Source: Eledone cirrhosa
Lineage: Eukaryota
DNA: 64,000 nt
Direction of reading: 5' to 3'
Assembly (NCBI GenBank): GCA_964016885.1
Contig: OZ024745.1
Span: 90,644,001-90,708,000 of the forward strand
Positions 40,431-54,815 of this stretch are shown here, piece by piece. How positions within the stretch are numbered: position 1 is the stretch's first letter; the number at the start of each line of letters is the position of its first letter. The notes under the pieces are model-generated. The model was not told the DNA's origin, did no database searches, and saw nothing but the letters and a program-made list of their open reading frames with translations. A program made the position numbers and the translations under genes.

Positions 40431-41041
40431 AAAAACAACGTACTGTTTTAACTAAAGACAAGCTATTACATATGTTCCAACAAATGTGTAACAAGATGCT
40501 GATTCTCTGAACGAGGTATTATAGCATAATTTCTCAAGACATGCTGATTTAAACATTGCTTCCAGTAAAAACAAAGTGGTCGTGTAGGTGTCACAACAAA
40601 AAGCACCCAGTACACACTGTAAATGTGGTTGGCATTAGGAAGGTCATCCAGCCAGAGAAACCAAGCCAAAATCAGTTCTGTGTAAGCAAAACAGTCCTCC
40701 GACCTGGATGTCTCACAATGGGATAGCCTCACTTACCCATGCTAGCATGGAAAATGGACATTAAATGATGATAATGATTTTATTAATTTTAAAATTTTTA
40801 ATTCCTTATATTTACTGGTTTCAGTCATTTGACTGTAGCCATGTTGGGGAACTAACCTTGAGGATTTTAGTTGATAATATTGGAACCATTTATGGTACAT
40901 GTTTTATGATCCTTGAAGGAGGACAATCACAGTTAAGCTTCTCCTAAATTTATATACAATATAAGATATTCTATTATTACTGAAAATCATTCATCCTTTC
41001 TGCTTCTTGCTTGTCTTTTCTCTCAACAGTTTTAATGAGTA

Positions 41042-41949
41042 CTAGCAGTAAAGCCCGGCGTTGCTCGGGGTCGCTCAGTAGCTGTGTTAAAGTTACAATG
41101 TTAAGTTTCTTTCTCGGCTTAAAAACTGTAGTGTCTACTGTGCAGACTTGCATGTGGTGTTTTTGATTAATATTCCCTCAACCAACAATATGCCTTATGA
41201 AGTTAAGAAAACATAACGATAACCCGAATGTTATAACAAAAGAGGATGCTGGGGATAGAAACTGCACTGGTTATTTATTAACAAAGATCGAAAATGTAAA
41301 CACTGCAACGCAGAGAAAAACATTAGCGTAACCAAATTATCAGTTATGTCTGTCTGCACGCCTATATCACCTCTCTGCACGCCTATATCACCTCTCTGCA
41401 CGCCTATATCACCTCTCTGCACGACTGTCTGTCTGCACGCGTATATCACCTCTCTGCACGACTGTCTGTCTGCACGACTGTCTGTCTGCACGCCTAACGA
41501 CGAAATATTTGCTTGTTTTACATAGTCTTTAAATAGACTTGTTTTCAAGTAAAAATATTGTTTTAAAATGCTTTTAAATGGAAATGAAGCAAAACGGAAG
41601 CTTAGTGTTCGAACTGATGAATTTTGCAGGTCAATATTTTGCTGGCTCGACAACTGTCTGTTCGTGTATTGTGTTAATGTCATTTTAAACGCTGAGAAAG
41701 CCAGCGTAATTTTTTACGTAAGACGCTCAATGTAAACAGAACAAAGGGAAATAACTGATAACTTACGCTCAAAAATCGATACATTATATTCGATTTCGTC
41801 ACATAGGGTGGGTCAATTTGTCCGATGTCTTCGCTAGGGCTCAATGTACAAGTATAGCAATTTCGGTGCAATTCCGTGAGAGATTCTAAGAGGAGATGTG
41901 TGCCAAAAATCGATAGACAGACAGACAACCACAGTTTTATATATATAGA
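41042..41949 (-). mobile_element. Non-autonomous Helitron
   Basis: Minus strand begins TCTATATATATAAAA..(GTCT)n and ends CCCGAGCAACGCCGGG hairpin..CTAG. Inserted between A and T with no TSD. Internal 21-bp repeats at 41350-41495. Confidence 0.85.
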
Positions 41950-42266
41950 TTATGTTGTTGTTTTTCTTTCTCAAGAAAACTTTTTTTTACTATTAGTATT
42001 ACTGTACACATATCGTTATCAAACCAGATAAGATAGATAATTTTATTTAACCAACAATACCCTATACATTATAAATAAATCCAGCCATTAAATCTACATC
42101 CTGTACTTATTGAACTGGACAGAACCTGATACATCTACAGAGTTTGTTTATAAACACAGTGAGCAGGTTTGTCAACTAATTATAATAAACATGCTGGAAA
42201 AACCTTGTGGAAAGCTGGAAAATATTAACATGAATTTACAATAACTGTTTATAGTTTTTAGGTACT

Positions 42267-42537
42267 TTTAAGTAAGTAGGTATATTACTGTATTTATTTG
42301 TGTATAATACACACAACTATTGCAGATTTTTAAACCTTAAAAAGTATAATTGCACTTTATACACAAGAACTAGCTATTACAGATACTGTGATATGTATAT
42401 ATAACATAATTTTTAAGTAAGTATGTATATTACTGTATTTATTTGTGTATAATACATACTACTATTTGCAGATTTTAAAACTTTAAAAGTACAGTTGCAC
42501 TTTATACACAAGATCTATCTATTACAGACACTGTGAT
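42267..42537 (+). repeat. Roughly 145-bp tandem duplication
   Basis: ttttaagtaagta.gtatattactg...ctattacaga.actgtgat occurs twice. Confidence 0.85.
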
Positions 42538-43857
42538 GCATAGATTATATTAAAAAAAAATAAAATGCAATTACTCCAGTACTTGTTATATTTGAAATAT
42601 ATTTTTTCTGAGATTTCTTCATTAGCATTAGCATGGAATTACAAACAAGTTAAACCTCTATGGCACTAGACAGACACTTAATCTTTTCCTGCTATCATTC
42701 AGTGACAAAGATTATAAATAATTCTATAAAACATTAATTCTATAACACTTTGTCCCACAATCATTCATACTTTATCTACACATTCAGAAACTAAAATTTC
42801 ATGCAAAAACATTGGAATGATTAATAACAGAAATAATCTAGGAGTTCATTGTGAAGTCGTTTAACTTCACTTGCTTTAAACTAAAGCAAGTCAAAAGAAA
42901 GTGGTGGTAGTGGTGGTGGTGGTAGTGATTGTGGTGATAATGATGGTGATTGTGGTGATGATCATGGTGACGATAATGATGATGATTGTGGTGATGCAAC
43001 AGCAACAGCCAAATGTTTTAAGAAGTTCACTTTACAATCATTAAGTCCAGAGGTCAATCTGTGTGATGTTTTAGGCAAGTGTCCTTTATGATAACCCCAG
43101 ACTGACCCATTGCCTTGTCAATGAAAATTGATACATGGAAACTGCTTCAAAGCCCATTGGATGGACTATGTCATGCTGTGAATCTCCCTGAGAAGTATGT
43201 AAAAGGTACATGTATCAGAAATGCTCAACCATTTACACATTAATTTCAGGAGCAGACTGTTCCGTTGATGGAACAACTGGGACATTCATCATCAAAACTA
43301 AAAGAAGTTCATTCCAAAAATAACAACAGTTTCTGGTTTAGGCACAAGGCTAAAATTCGTGGGGTCGATTAAATCACCCCCAGTGCATGATTAGTACTTT
43401 ATTTTATCGACCCCATAAGGATGAAAGGCAAAGCTAACCTTGATGGGATTTAAACACAGAACATAAAGGGCTTAAACTCTATGCCACAAAGCATAATGTC
43501 CGACGCTCTACCAATACTGCCAATCTGCTGCCCTATTGATTCCAAAATTAATAATGAATGTATTCATTTGGAACTTGTTGTTGGGAAGTGTTTTAACCAT
43601 TTTGATAGTGACCCACTTGAAAATGCCCCTTGTCTATGATGCAAAACCATCTGACTTAAAGTGTTTATATTTATCTAAAGATCTTCTATCATAATTTTAT
43701 GTAAGAACCTTTCTTAAGTTATGTTCCAAACACCAGCTTAAAAATGGGAATGTTATATAAATAAATTCCTTCAATTTCTTGGTTATTTTTCAAAATTATT
43801 TGAAAATCATTGGAAAACTTATATATATTCTTCTTCATCTTCACCCACTTATTCCTG

Positions 43858-44520
43858 AGAGTGTTGTGGGGGCAGAGTCCTCAAACAATCTTTCCAGCAA
43901 GTCCTGTCATAAGCAATTGTCTCCAACTGATCGGGCTGGTTCCCCAAGCGAGACCAGCCAAGCTCATGGATCTTATCAAGCCATCTTGCTCAGTGTCTAC
44001 TCCTGGGACTCCTGCCAGTTGCCCATAAAATCTGCCCAGCAATTTTTTAAATGACATTCTAAACCCATGCCCATATAATTTGGAGCTGTGATCTCTCAAT
44101 TCAAAGAAGTAGTAACTCTACCAGGAGTGACTCTCTGATCTTCAAGCTACGCATTTTTCCAATGGTTCTTTCCTAAGACATTCTAACCACATGCCCATAG
44201 CATCGGAGCTGTGATCTCTGAATTCAGAAAAGTAACTTGAATGATCTGTTCATTGTGGATTTAGAATCCCAAGTACAAACTACCTCATGGTCCCAGCAGT
44301 CATAATGGAGAAAGTGCTACCCTGGAAGATAGTGAGGGAGACGTGTTAAAATAACCATTTCAACTCACAGGGCTCACTCCTGTATGTGGCCAACTTTGCT
44401 CCGATAGCAGTGAGTAAACAAGTGGTATGAGGACCAAGAATGCTGGAATGATGTACAGATACACTATCATCTACGGCAATAACCAATGAGCTATGTCTTA
44501 GAGGCCCTGCAATCGTCATG
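43858..44520 (-). mobile_element. Old degenerate LINE (RTE-like) fragment
   Basis: GC-elevated; minus-strand RFYGQLAG...WGTSPISWRQ resembles an RTE C-terminus. Confidence 0.45.
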
Positions 44521-45572
44521 GGTGATACTCTTCATCTTTTCACTAAGCCATAAACAAACCAAAAAAAACTACTTCCTACCATTTAAAAAAAAAATAAAAT
44601 AGGTAAATAAAACAGGAAAGAATTAGTGATAGTAAAGAGATAGCTCCAATCTTGAGATTATTTACAATTCTGTGAAGGATGTCGTTGAGAGGGGGAAGAA
44701 ATAGGAGATAGAGAAAGAAAGATGGGGAGCTTTAAATTGTCTCCTATTAACTGCTCACTGTAACCAGCAAGCACCCCTGTAGCACCTACATCACAGCCCA
44801 CCTCACAATTTGGAAATAAGCACTAACATTATATTTCTTTCACCTGCAACAACAAAAAAGAAGCTCCTAGCTTAATAATTTGACTTGACTGACATCACAA
44901 GGTCACACTTCATCGATTCCATATGACTGCTTGTTCACCTGTCAGTAAATTACAGCCTCTAAGTTTTGGAAGCTTGCCACTGTATTGTTTCATTTAATGC
45001 TAACCACTCTTGATAAACAGTAGTATGAGGCTGTGAAATAATGCACTTCCTGGATCCGGCATGTTAGAAATCCATCACCATACTTCCTGAAATGGTTCAT
45101 TAGCTCAAAAATGGTTGTTTATTTTGTGGAGGCTTTTAACTTTTTTTATGTTTGCTTTTTTTTTTCATTTTTATCGGCCAGAACAAAACAGGCAAATATC
45201 ACTTCCGGATGCATTACTGAAGCCAGCATCTGCATCTGTGATGAAAGTTTTAGTAAGTACTAATGTTTGGTTGATTACCTAAACACAATATATATATAGA
45301 AAAGCTGTAAACCCGTGTAGTCGGCCATATACTTTGTCCTCAATAGATAGTCTAATTGAATGCTTCTCATACTAAATAACAATAATACATACCTAGACAT
45401 ATATAACTGCTGCCATACTTTCTTTTAGTCTGTATCTCTAGTTTACTAATAATAAGCTCATTTATCTACAATATTCATAACTTGTAGAAATACTTTTGAA
45501 TACTTCTAACTAATCGGTTGTGCAGTTTTTTGCCAATAAACATTAACTCAAAGTTGTTGATGGTAGCTTTAA

Positions 45573-45979
45573 CCCTTTCGTGGCCATATTTTTTTTAACC
45601 CTTTAGCATTTACATTACTCTATATATACTATTAAATTTTTGTGCAAAGGCTTTATCTCACATAATATCGAATCTATGAGATTTTGATATTATTTATTTT
45701 GAGAACAATACCTTAACATAAGTATGAGCAGCCAATTACAGCCGGTTTGAACAGAAAGAGGTAAGAGAATTCTGGCTGAATCTAACCAGTTTGAATGCAA
45801 AAGGGTTAATGAAATACACTATATTTCAATTAATTATTGAAGCATTTTAAGGGTTTACTAAAATCATTAATCATCTTGTTACTAACATATGCTTCTTAGA
45901 TAAAATTATGTTGGAAGATTTTAATTTAAATAGGAATCCTTTAAAATGGGTGGTTTGAGGCCAGTTGATATCAAAAGGG
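45573..45979. mobile_element. piggyBac-type MITE family 2 containing a nested family-1 MITE (45599-45805)
   Basis: Outer TTAA|CCCTTT...AAAGGG|TTAA; inner element flanked by TTAA at 45595-45598 and 45806-45809. Uninterrupted relative at about 50932-51179. Confidence 0.8.
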
Positions 45980-47853
45980 TTAATAGCTATGTTCAAGATC
46001 AAATCCATTAAACTTTGCCAAAATTAAATCAATACTAGGATGGTGATGAAAATGATTATTGATAAGAAAATTAAAAAAAAAAAAAAAAAAAATGTGTTGA
46101 TCGAACTGTATGGTTCATTGAGTTATTTTTCAGTAATGTTAAGTCATTCACATCCTTTACTGCAAGAATTTTTAACAGCTCAAGCATATAAAATGGTAGA
46201 AACAATAACTGGAATCAGCCATTTTAACTATGACAGAGGAAATTCAAATAAAATTTTAAATAAGAAAAGAAAAGAAGTTTGCGAATCTGGATCTTTTTAG
46301 TTTTAGTTGTCAAAAAGTGTAGCAGGAATGTAAGGAAAAGGAAAAAGAATTGGTTGATGTACAAAAAAATAGCCTAACTAGTACAATCATTCACGCTAAA
46401 ACTTTCCAGCAAGTAATAATGTCATAATAATTTTGTTTTAATTTTTTTACAGAAACAAAACAGGAAGAACGACTTGGAATTGAAATTTTACAAAAAAGAA
46501 AATAATTTTTTTGTTTTTCGTTTTGTTCGGGGGGGGGGGGTATTTTATTATTATTATTATTGCTGTTTTGTTGGTTTGTTTTTTGTTTTGTTCTAATGCA
46601 AGATGGTGAAATCAATTTTTAGTTTTATTCTAAAATATTGATAAATTAAAGAATAAACTTCACAAAGCATTAAGAGGATAAAATAATTAAAATAATAATA
46701 AATTATCTAGATGTATGTCATGAGATAAGATAAATGTCAATATATAACATGAAAATAAAAGATTAAAAGCTTTTGTTTTACAATATCTATTCAGTACCGC
46801 ATTTGGGGATTTTCAGAAATAAAATATGAATCATTATATTGTATATTGGAATCACATCAATCAATCATAAATTAAATCAATATATTTCTCAATATTTATG
46901 AGTTGAAGTTGTAACCTCAAGTGAAATACTTGATAAAAATTGTTTTAGATCTCCAATATCTGTCTCCCAGAGATAGAAGCAAAGAAATTAAGGCTTCCTA
47001 TATACACACAGAACCTACCCAACCTGTTATGTCTGATATATCCCTGAGCCTTTAATGGAATGCAGCTGCCTCTAATAAACTGAAAATTACTCTGCAGTTT
47101 CATAAGTTGTTCAATAGAAAAAAGATTTAAAAGAAAAAAAAGCTGAATGATTGGATTTAAAATATACTGTGTTTATTCATCAATCAACAAAGTTGCTCTC
47201 CTATTCAGATAATCTATTTAAATTATTCTTTTAAGATAACCAGAACACAGGATGGGTTGGTGGCAGTCTTACAATGTTCCGCTTTGGATTGAATTTGAGA
47301 GGTTTGTTTCAATAGAAAAAGATTTTAATACAGATTTTGTTAGTGAAAGAGATGGAAAAAGTGAGAGAACTCTAGGCAGAATGAGATGAGTCATCCTCCT
47401 CCTCATCATCATCATTGTTGTTGTTTGACAGCAAGGGCCATACCATCCTCCATCTATTACAGCTTTGATGACCAGTTGTGCTCCCATAGTAGGGTGATCA
47501 GACCTAGTCATAAGTATAATCTGAATTCCTAAGAAGAATTTGATCTCAGAACAGGGAGAGCTAGAACAGATGCTGCAAATCAGCTTATCCAACACTCTGA
47601 CAATTCTGCCGACCCACTACCCTTCGCTGGTACTTTATCTTCCCTGAAAGGAGGAAAGTTGGAGTTGGTCGCAGCAGAATTTTAATTCAATGTACGGAGA
47701 ACCAGAAGAAATACTACAAAATATTCTATATAGAACAAGGAACAAGATAAATTTAGTGAGGAAAAAGGAAGAGTAAAAGACAGAAATTGAGAAAAAGTGG
47801 AAGAGAACATTAGTCAGAGTGACTAGAAAGAAAAAGAGAGAATAAGAGAAATA

Positions 47854-48045
47854 TGAGGGGATGCTGAAAAGTTCCTGGATTTGGGTAAAAGAAAATACAG
47901 GTGGATCAGTTAATTATGATTTTATTTAACATATTCCCCTCTTAGATTCACACACTTATTGCAGTGGTCCTACCTCCCCTGTAAAGGTAGCAGCTCTACC
48001 CTTTCACAATACCCTTAAAGCCAGGAACTTTTCAGCACCCTCCCG
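47854..48045. mobile_element. Mariner-derived MITE
   Basis: TA|tgaggggatgctgaaaagttcctgg ... ccaggaacttttcagcaccctcccg|TA; related internal piece at about 38150-38225 (-). Confidence 0.8.
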
Positions 48046-48137
48046 TATTTCAATAGAGATGAGGAGCTGGAATTGCGAGTAGGAATGTATGTGGGAAGAA
48101 CAGTAATAAGTATGTTTGTCTTTAGTAATATGAATGT

Positions 48138-48285
48138 GAATGTGTTTGTTAATGAGTGGGTGGGTGGATGTGTTTGTTAATGAGTGGGTGGGTGGATGGA
48201 TGTGTTTGTTAATGAGTGGGTGGGTGGATGTGTTTGTTAATGAGTGGGTGGGTGGATGTTTGTTAATGAGTGGGTGGGTGGGTGT
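48138..48285. repeat. Roughly 28-bp minisatellite, 4-5 copies
   Basis: gatgtgtttgttaatgagtgggtgggtg. Confidence 0.85.
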
Positions 48286-51200
48286 GTGTGTTTGGTGTAC
48301 ATGCATGAGGGCATGCATGAATGTTTTTGGTAGCAGTGATGTGTTTAAAAATGTACATAGAAATGGATATAGATATTTCTTTTGGGGTCAAGAATTGGCA
48401 GTGAATTGGCAAAATTCAGATGAGATGCCTTGAAGAATTTGTTCCAGCTCTTAGCATTCAGAGTTCTTGGGTAATAGACTTTATATGTTGCCCAATTTAA
48501 CACAACTGTCTGATCCTTGTAGCAGACTTCACTCTGTTGCAAGTATTTAGGTTATTTTTAGTCAAGTCTCTGATTGAAGCATAATGTCTTGCCTTCTTCT
48601 TATTAGTTTCAAAGGCCCTAAAATATAGAGGGTTGTGTGTACTGCCCTTCCCTCCCTGACTAAACCGTCAAAAAAACATGGCAAAACTCATATTTAATAT
48701 TTCAAACGAGCCAGTTAGAGAGAGAGAGTGTGTGTGTGTGTGTGTGTATGTGTGCGTGTGTGTGTGCATGTGTGTGTGTGTGTGTGTGTGCGCGCACGTG
48801 CGTGTAGCTATCTATCTATCTCCTCCCTTTTAGGAATCAACTCAAACTGCCATCTTTCAAGAATTATAAACAAATAAGAAACCAGGCTCTGAGGAGACTA
48901 ATAGCGGTCTATATCAGCAAAGATATAGTTTGTAAATTTAAATACATATTCTGTGGGGAGAAGAGAATTCTGATGTTTCAAGTTAAGCCTGTCTTCTGAG
49001 AGAATGTTTTTTTCTTAGATGATGAAAGGCTTAACTGAAAATGTCTCGATTCTCTTCTGAGCAGCTCATCACAATTAACTTATCACAAATTTACTCTGAA
49101 TATAACAATATTCAATAAAAATTACACCGCAACTGAAATTCTTAAGTTTTGATCTTCAAACAACAAAATATCATCAATCAGGCTCTAGTGTTAGAATTCT
49201 ACTATAAATTGAATTAAATAAAATTAATTAGATATTAATTGGTTTCAATTAGTAACAACCAATTAATCCATAAGGGAAATTATAGTTGGTAGAATAAATG
49301 AGTTTGTAGCAGTTTAGCACCAGGTTGTCTCTGAATGTACAGACCTATAAACAAGGACATTTGAGTCATAACAATGTCATTTTCTCAGACATATTATGTA
49401 TAAGACTACATTATCCATTGTGTCCTTCCATTTTTACAACAGTAGAGAGTCTTTCAAGGGAGATTTGGGTTACTATTGCAGGTTGAATGGTGACATCAAA
49501 TTAACTAACATTTATTAATGGGCTTGTGTTGGCATTTTAATTAGTGAAAATGAAGGGCAAAATCTAACCTGACAAAATTTAAATGCAGAATATAGGTGTA
49601 AGATTAAAGAACAACACTGCAAGGAATTTACTTTGGCACTAAAACCACTTATGACATTTTACCTTGTCGTTAGATATGTGTGTGGGTGTCCATGGATGTG
49701 TGAATGTGTATGTATATGTGTGAGTGGGTGTGTGCACATGAGCATGCAATGTGTGAGTGGGTGTGTATGTGCATGCACATATATGTGTGTCCACACACAA
49801 GAGGGGGTAAGGACAAGTAAATCAACCCCAATCTATTGTTGCTGCTTATTTCTAATTTAAGGGGAATGAATAGAAAAGTTAACTATGTATAGATTTGTTG
49901 TCAGAACCTCACAGTGATGAAATTAAATCCTCTTAAACATTCAACAGAATGTGTTTACCACTTCAGTGGTTCCATTGTTTTTAGGATTTCTTTCACTGAC
50001 TAAAGTCCACAAATTAACAACAGTTCATTGAGCCAACCCCTAGTATATGACTGGTAGTTACTTTGAAACATAATTAAATCATAACAATAGTAATGAAAAT
50101 TATTTCTAACATTAGCATAAGGTTACAATTTGGTGGGAGAAGTGTAATTGATAAACCCCATTGCTGTTACTTAACTGATCCCTATTTTATCCCCCCCCCC
50201 CCCCAGGATGAAAGTATAAATGATAATTCTAAAAAAGTTAAGCATGATGCAGTTACTTGTTAAAAATGGTGATATACAATATACAAGCTGAGCATAAAGT
50301 CTTTCTCCAATTATAAAATACCATATCTAGGATACAATTTGAGATTTCACTTTTTCATTGTTTTAACTTATAAATTTCAAGTTTAAAGTTTTTCTGAACA
50401 TGTTTTACATTTTCAGTAACAAAATGGCAGTTGTAATTTTCAGTAACAAAATGGCATCGATAAAACAAATATAATATATTCCATTTGTGTGATAAGACAG
50501 ACCAATAAAATTCTATGGTTGTAATTGGTCTTTGAATAATGTTATGCAAAAGCTATTCATCACCTTACTGTGAATTCTGTCAGTCAATAAATAACGTATC
50601 ACCAATAATAAATGTTCAATAGATTTACTGAGCAACAACAACACAACCATGAAAGTAACGAGTAGAAAATAGCAAGTGATCCTCATTCTACCTGTTGAGC
50701 CATCAATAATACTTACTACATTCAACAAGGGGTGCTAATGTTAAAAGATATTACAGCTGTTACATCAGCAAGTCGACGAACTACGTAGAAGTTTCTTCAC
50801 TCTCTCAACAAGTATTTATGTTTGTTGAGTAAATGAAACCAATATAAGATATAGCACTGAAACGATTCCACATGAAGGAAATCTATTGAAATTTATAAAT
50901 TTTTAAATTATTGTTTTTTTTTTCCATTGCTTCAACCTTTTATTACCATATATTTAATAAAAAACATTGCTTATGACTCAAATAATTTTGAAAATAATAG
51001 AAAAAAATTGGAGGGATTTAGTAATTAAACTAACTTTCTTGTTCAGATTATGATTTAAAGATTCTTACATAGAATTATGATGGAAGGGTTTTAGATAAAT
51101 ATGGCAAGACTTTAAACTAAGCAGTTTTGTATTGTGGAACTAGGGACGGTTTCAGGTGGTTTGATATCAAAAGGGTTAACGTGTTCAGAATTAAACAAAA

Positions 51201-51664
51201 TACTTTCTATCATATTTCATAAAAGAACTTTTTATTAAATTAATTCACAAACACTGCATGTATAATGAAGAAAATGTTAGTTATTTTACTAAATTTTTCC
51301 AAATTCTTCAATAATTTCAAAATTTCTCGAAACATACAGGCAGTGTATTTCATGAGAAATATAGCCATGAATGGTTTAATGTTTGTTTTAAATATAATTA
51401 TGTAGCAGATAAAAATTAATCCATCAAATATATAATAATTAAAAATTAATTACCTATGTTAAAATATTAAACAGAATTAATGTATTAAACATTTTTTTAA
51501 AATATAAATAATGTAGGTTGTTATTCTAGTTAATAAAACCTTAATTAACAATAAATAAAACATTATTTTACCAATAATGTTCCGATGTTTTTCATTGCTA
51601 TTACTAACCCATGCTAGCGTGGAAGATGGACGTTAAACAATGATGATGATGATGATGATTGTTG

Positions 51665-52040
51665 TTGTTATTATTAGTCCTGTTTTTATTTTATGTCGTC
51701 ATAACATTACCGAGCACAGCTTTGTGTGCCTTGGGTAGATGCAGTGTTGTTGTTTTTTCATGAGTCTGTACAGTGCTTAATGCTATTTTCTGTATGCTAT
51801 ATATATTTGTACACTCTGGGGTTTTGGTTATGTGTGTTTTATCATTCCCAGATCACCTATTATTACAGGCATTGCTTCTGTCTTTATCATCCACATTTGG
51901 GTCCATTCTATCTCCAGCTCTTTGTAAAAGAACCCGAATATGTTCTATCTCCAGATCTTTATAGAAAGAACCCAAATATGGATGAATAAAACAGAAACAA
52001 TGGCTTATAACAATAGATGTTTTGGGAATGATAAAACACC
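51665..52040 (-). mobile_element. R4/Dong-like 3'-end fragment
   Basis: Minus translation YKELEIEWTQMWMIKTEAMPVIIGDLGMIK...IQKIALST. Confidence 0.65.
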
Positions 52041-53084
52041 CACACACAATCATCATTATCGTTATTGTTATGAGAGTAGTAAAAATGGTAAAATTGTCAG
52101 AATAGATGCCTTGTAGCATTTAGTTATGCCACTTTCAATCTCTGTGTTTAATCGAAGGCAAAGTTGACTAGGGTCAACCTCAGAGGTTGAAATAGCAGTA
52201 ATAGACTAGAAATCAATTCAATCAATTATATATGTGTTCCCTACAAATAAAGAACATTGTGCCAAAGGAAGATAGCAATAATCATTCCTACCGCAAGACT
52301 GACCTTGTCTGAAGTTCCAAGCAAGTATTGTATACGGTTTAATTAACTATATCTCCTCCCTTTATTCACAAATAAGGACCAATATTGTATTCATAATGAC
52401 ATCTTGCAATGAGAAGAAAGGTACAAATTTAAGGATAGGGCAGAAATAATCTGATGAACCGTATCACTTGTGCACAGAAATTTATTTTAGCAGGCCTGAA
52501 AGAATTAAAGATAAACACAACCCCGACAGGATTTGAACTCATGCTGGATGATTACAAGAAAATATTTTGTTTGGTATTCTACCGATTCTGAATTCTATCA
52601 CACACAACAACAACAATAATAATAATGAAATTATTGTGTACTGTGCTCAGGTGCACTACAACTCATCAAAGGTGCATGTAAAGTACATAGAATAATGTTC
52701 AAATGTCAGGAAAATGATAATGAGCCAATAATGATAAAGCCTTGATGTGCTTAGTCAGCCTACTAGAAATAGCAGCCAAATCTTCCTCAATCACACTCTT
52801 AAAGAACACATTAGATAATGAAATTTTAGTCAACACTTGAAATATGTCATGGCTAGAGTGTCTTTGATCATAACTAACCTGAAACTAAATAACTATAACA
52901 ATAATAACAGTTTCTAATTTAGACACAAGGCCAGCAATTCAATAAAAGGCTATCAACCCAATAAAATTAGTAACAGTTATAGAGAGAGAGACCAATTCTG
53001 TTAGCTGCAACATTTCCCTACAAACATTGACCCATACACTTTCAGAAGAAATTATCATTTATAACAATAAGAACTTTTTTCTTC

Positions 53085-53257
53085 AGCACCAAACTCATTT
53101 CTTTAAGCACCAAACTCATTTCTTTAAGCACCAAACTCATTTTGTTAAACACCAAACTCATTTTGTTAAACACCAAACTCATTTTGTTAAACACCAAACT
53201 CATTTTGTTAAACACCAAACTCCTTTTTTCAGCACCAAACTCATTTCTTTAAGCACC
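53085..53257. repeat. 21-bp minisatellite, about 8 copies
   Basis: caccaaactcattttgttaaa. Confidence 0.9.
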
Positions 53258-53429
53258 ATCATTAAACAACAATATATTCCTGGCATCAAACTTTAGCTGG
53301 GTTAGAAGCAAAAACTCTCTAAGTCTTTACCACAACATAGTATTGGACCTTACATGACAACAACAACAGCTATAAAATATTTAGTCGGGTAATCTATTTA
53401 CTATAACCAATTCTAGTATTCTAATCATA

Positions 53430-54057
53430 ATAATGATGGCGATACTATGGTAATGACAGTAATGATGGTGATGATAATAATGAAATAGGTGGTGGTGACA
53501 GTTATGTTGATGACGACAGTTATGTTGATGATGATGATGATGATGTCAGTTATGTTGATGATGATGATGATGTCAGTTATGTTGATGATGATGATGATGA
53601 TGATGTCAGTTATGTTGATGATGATGATGCCAGTTATGTTGATGACAGTTATGTTGATGTTGATGACAGTTATGTTGATGTTGATGTTGATGACAACAGT
53701 TATGTTGATGATGATTTAGTTATGATGATGTTGACAGTTATGTTGATGTTGACAGTCATGTTGATGTTGACAGTCATGTTGATGTTGACAGTCATGTTGA
53801 TGTTGACAGTCATGTTGATGTTGACAGTCATGATGATGATGGCAGCTTTGTTGACAATGATGACAATTATGTGAATGATGACGACAACAGTTATGTTGAT
53901 GGAGAGATGGCAATTATGTTGATGATGATAGTTATGTTGATGTTGATGATGATGATGATGATGATGATGATGACAGCTATGTTGATGATGACAGTTATGT
54001 TGATGATGGTGGTGGTGACAATTATGTTGATGAGTTATGATGATGACAGTGATGATG
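53430..54057. repeat. (ATG/TTG)-rich compound repeat
   Basis: cagttatgttgatgatg / gacagtcatgttgatgtt units. Confidence 0.88.
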
Positions 54058-54108
54058 GAAAATGGAGAAAAAACATCAAAGAAAGAATCAAATATGAGAA
54101 GAACTCAC

Positions 54109-54815
54109 CCAAAGAGATACATGTTACAATAAGTATCTAGAATGAATGTCACCGTGGGAGAAACAACTTGCGTTATGTCATTGGATGCGCAGTTGATGAC
54201 ACTATCTGAGCTGTCCAGCGAAGAACTGATGCACTGACTGCCGTCCAACTTGGATTCCAGGTACTTTATAATCCGGGTAAGCTCCTCTTCGGACACAGAG
54301 AAAGTGTTGTAGCTATCCCGATCTGGGTTCTCCTTCCACAGTTCGTTGCTGACATCATCGATAAATGACAGTCTACTCAGGCTGCGTATGACACTGTGGC
54401 CAGCTGTGCTGTACGACTCACATGACGAAACAGAGCACCGCTTCGTCTGCCATCGCAGTAAGTTGATCTTTGATTCCAACGACAGCGGGTGGAAAGGATG
54501 CGGGGACGATGAAGATGAAGAGGAGGAGGAGGAGGAGGAGAGCGGTGCATCTTCATTAACATTGCTCATTTCCACATAGACCCAGCTGGAACGTACTGTG
54601 GAACCATCTGCCTCCGATAGATCCCGCATCCCCATGGACAAACAGCTGCTGCTGCTGACACTCTCGCCACCACTGCTGTCGCTGCTCGCACCACTACTGC
54701 TACTACAGATGCTATGATTCTTATAGTTGGTCCTCTGGAAAGCAGTGGAGCTTCGACGCAAAAGCGTGGAAGACGTGGTCGATGTTCTGGAAGCCACAAG
54801 GATACCAAGCGCCAT
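54109..54815 (-). CDS. Probable host coding exon (possibly the first coding exon); Ser-rich protein of unknown identity
   Basis: About 235 open codons in non-TE, GC-elevated sequence (MALGILVAS...EEELTRIIKYLESKLD...TFILDTYCNMYLFG). It ends at a canonical donor GG|GTGAGT (54103-54108). ATG at 54815; alternative acceptor CTCAG near 54832. Confidence 0.7.
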
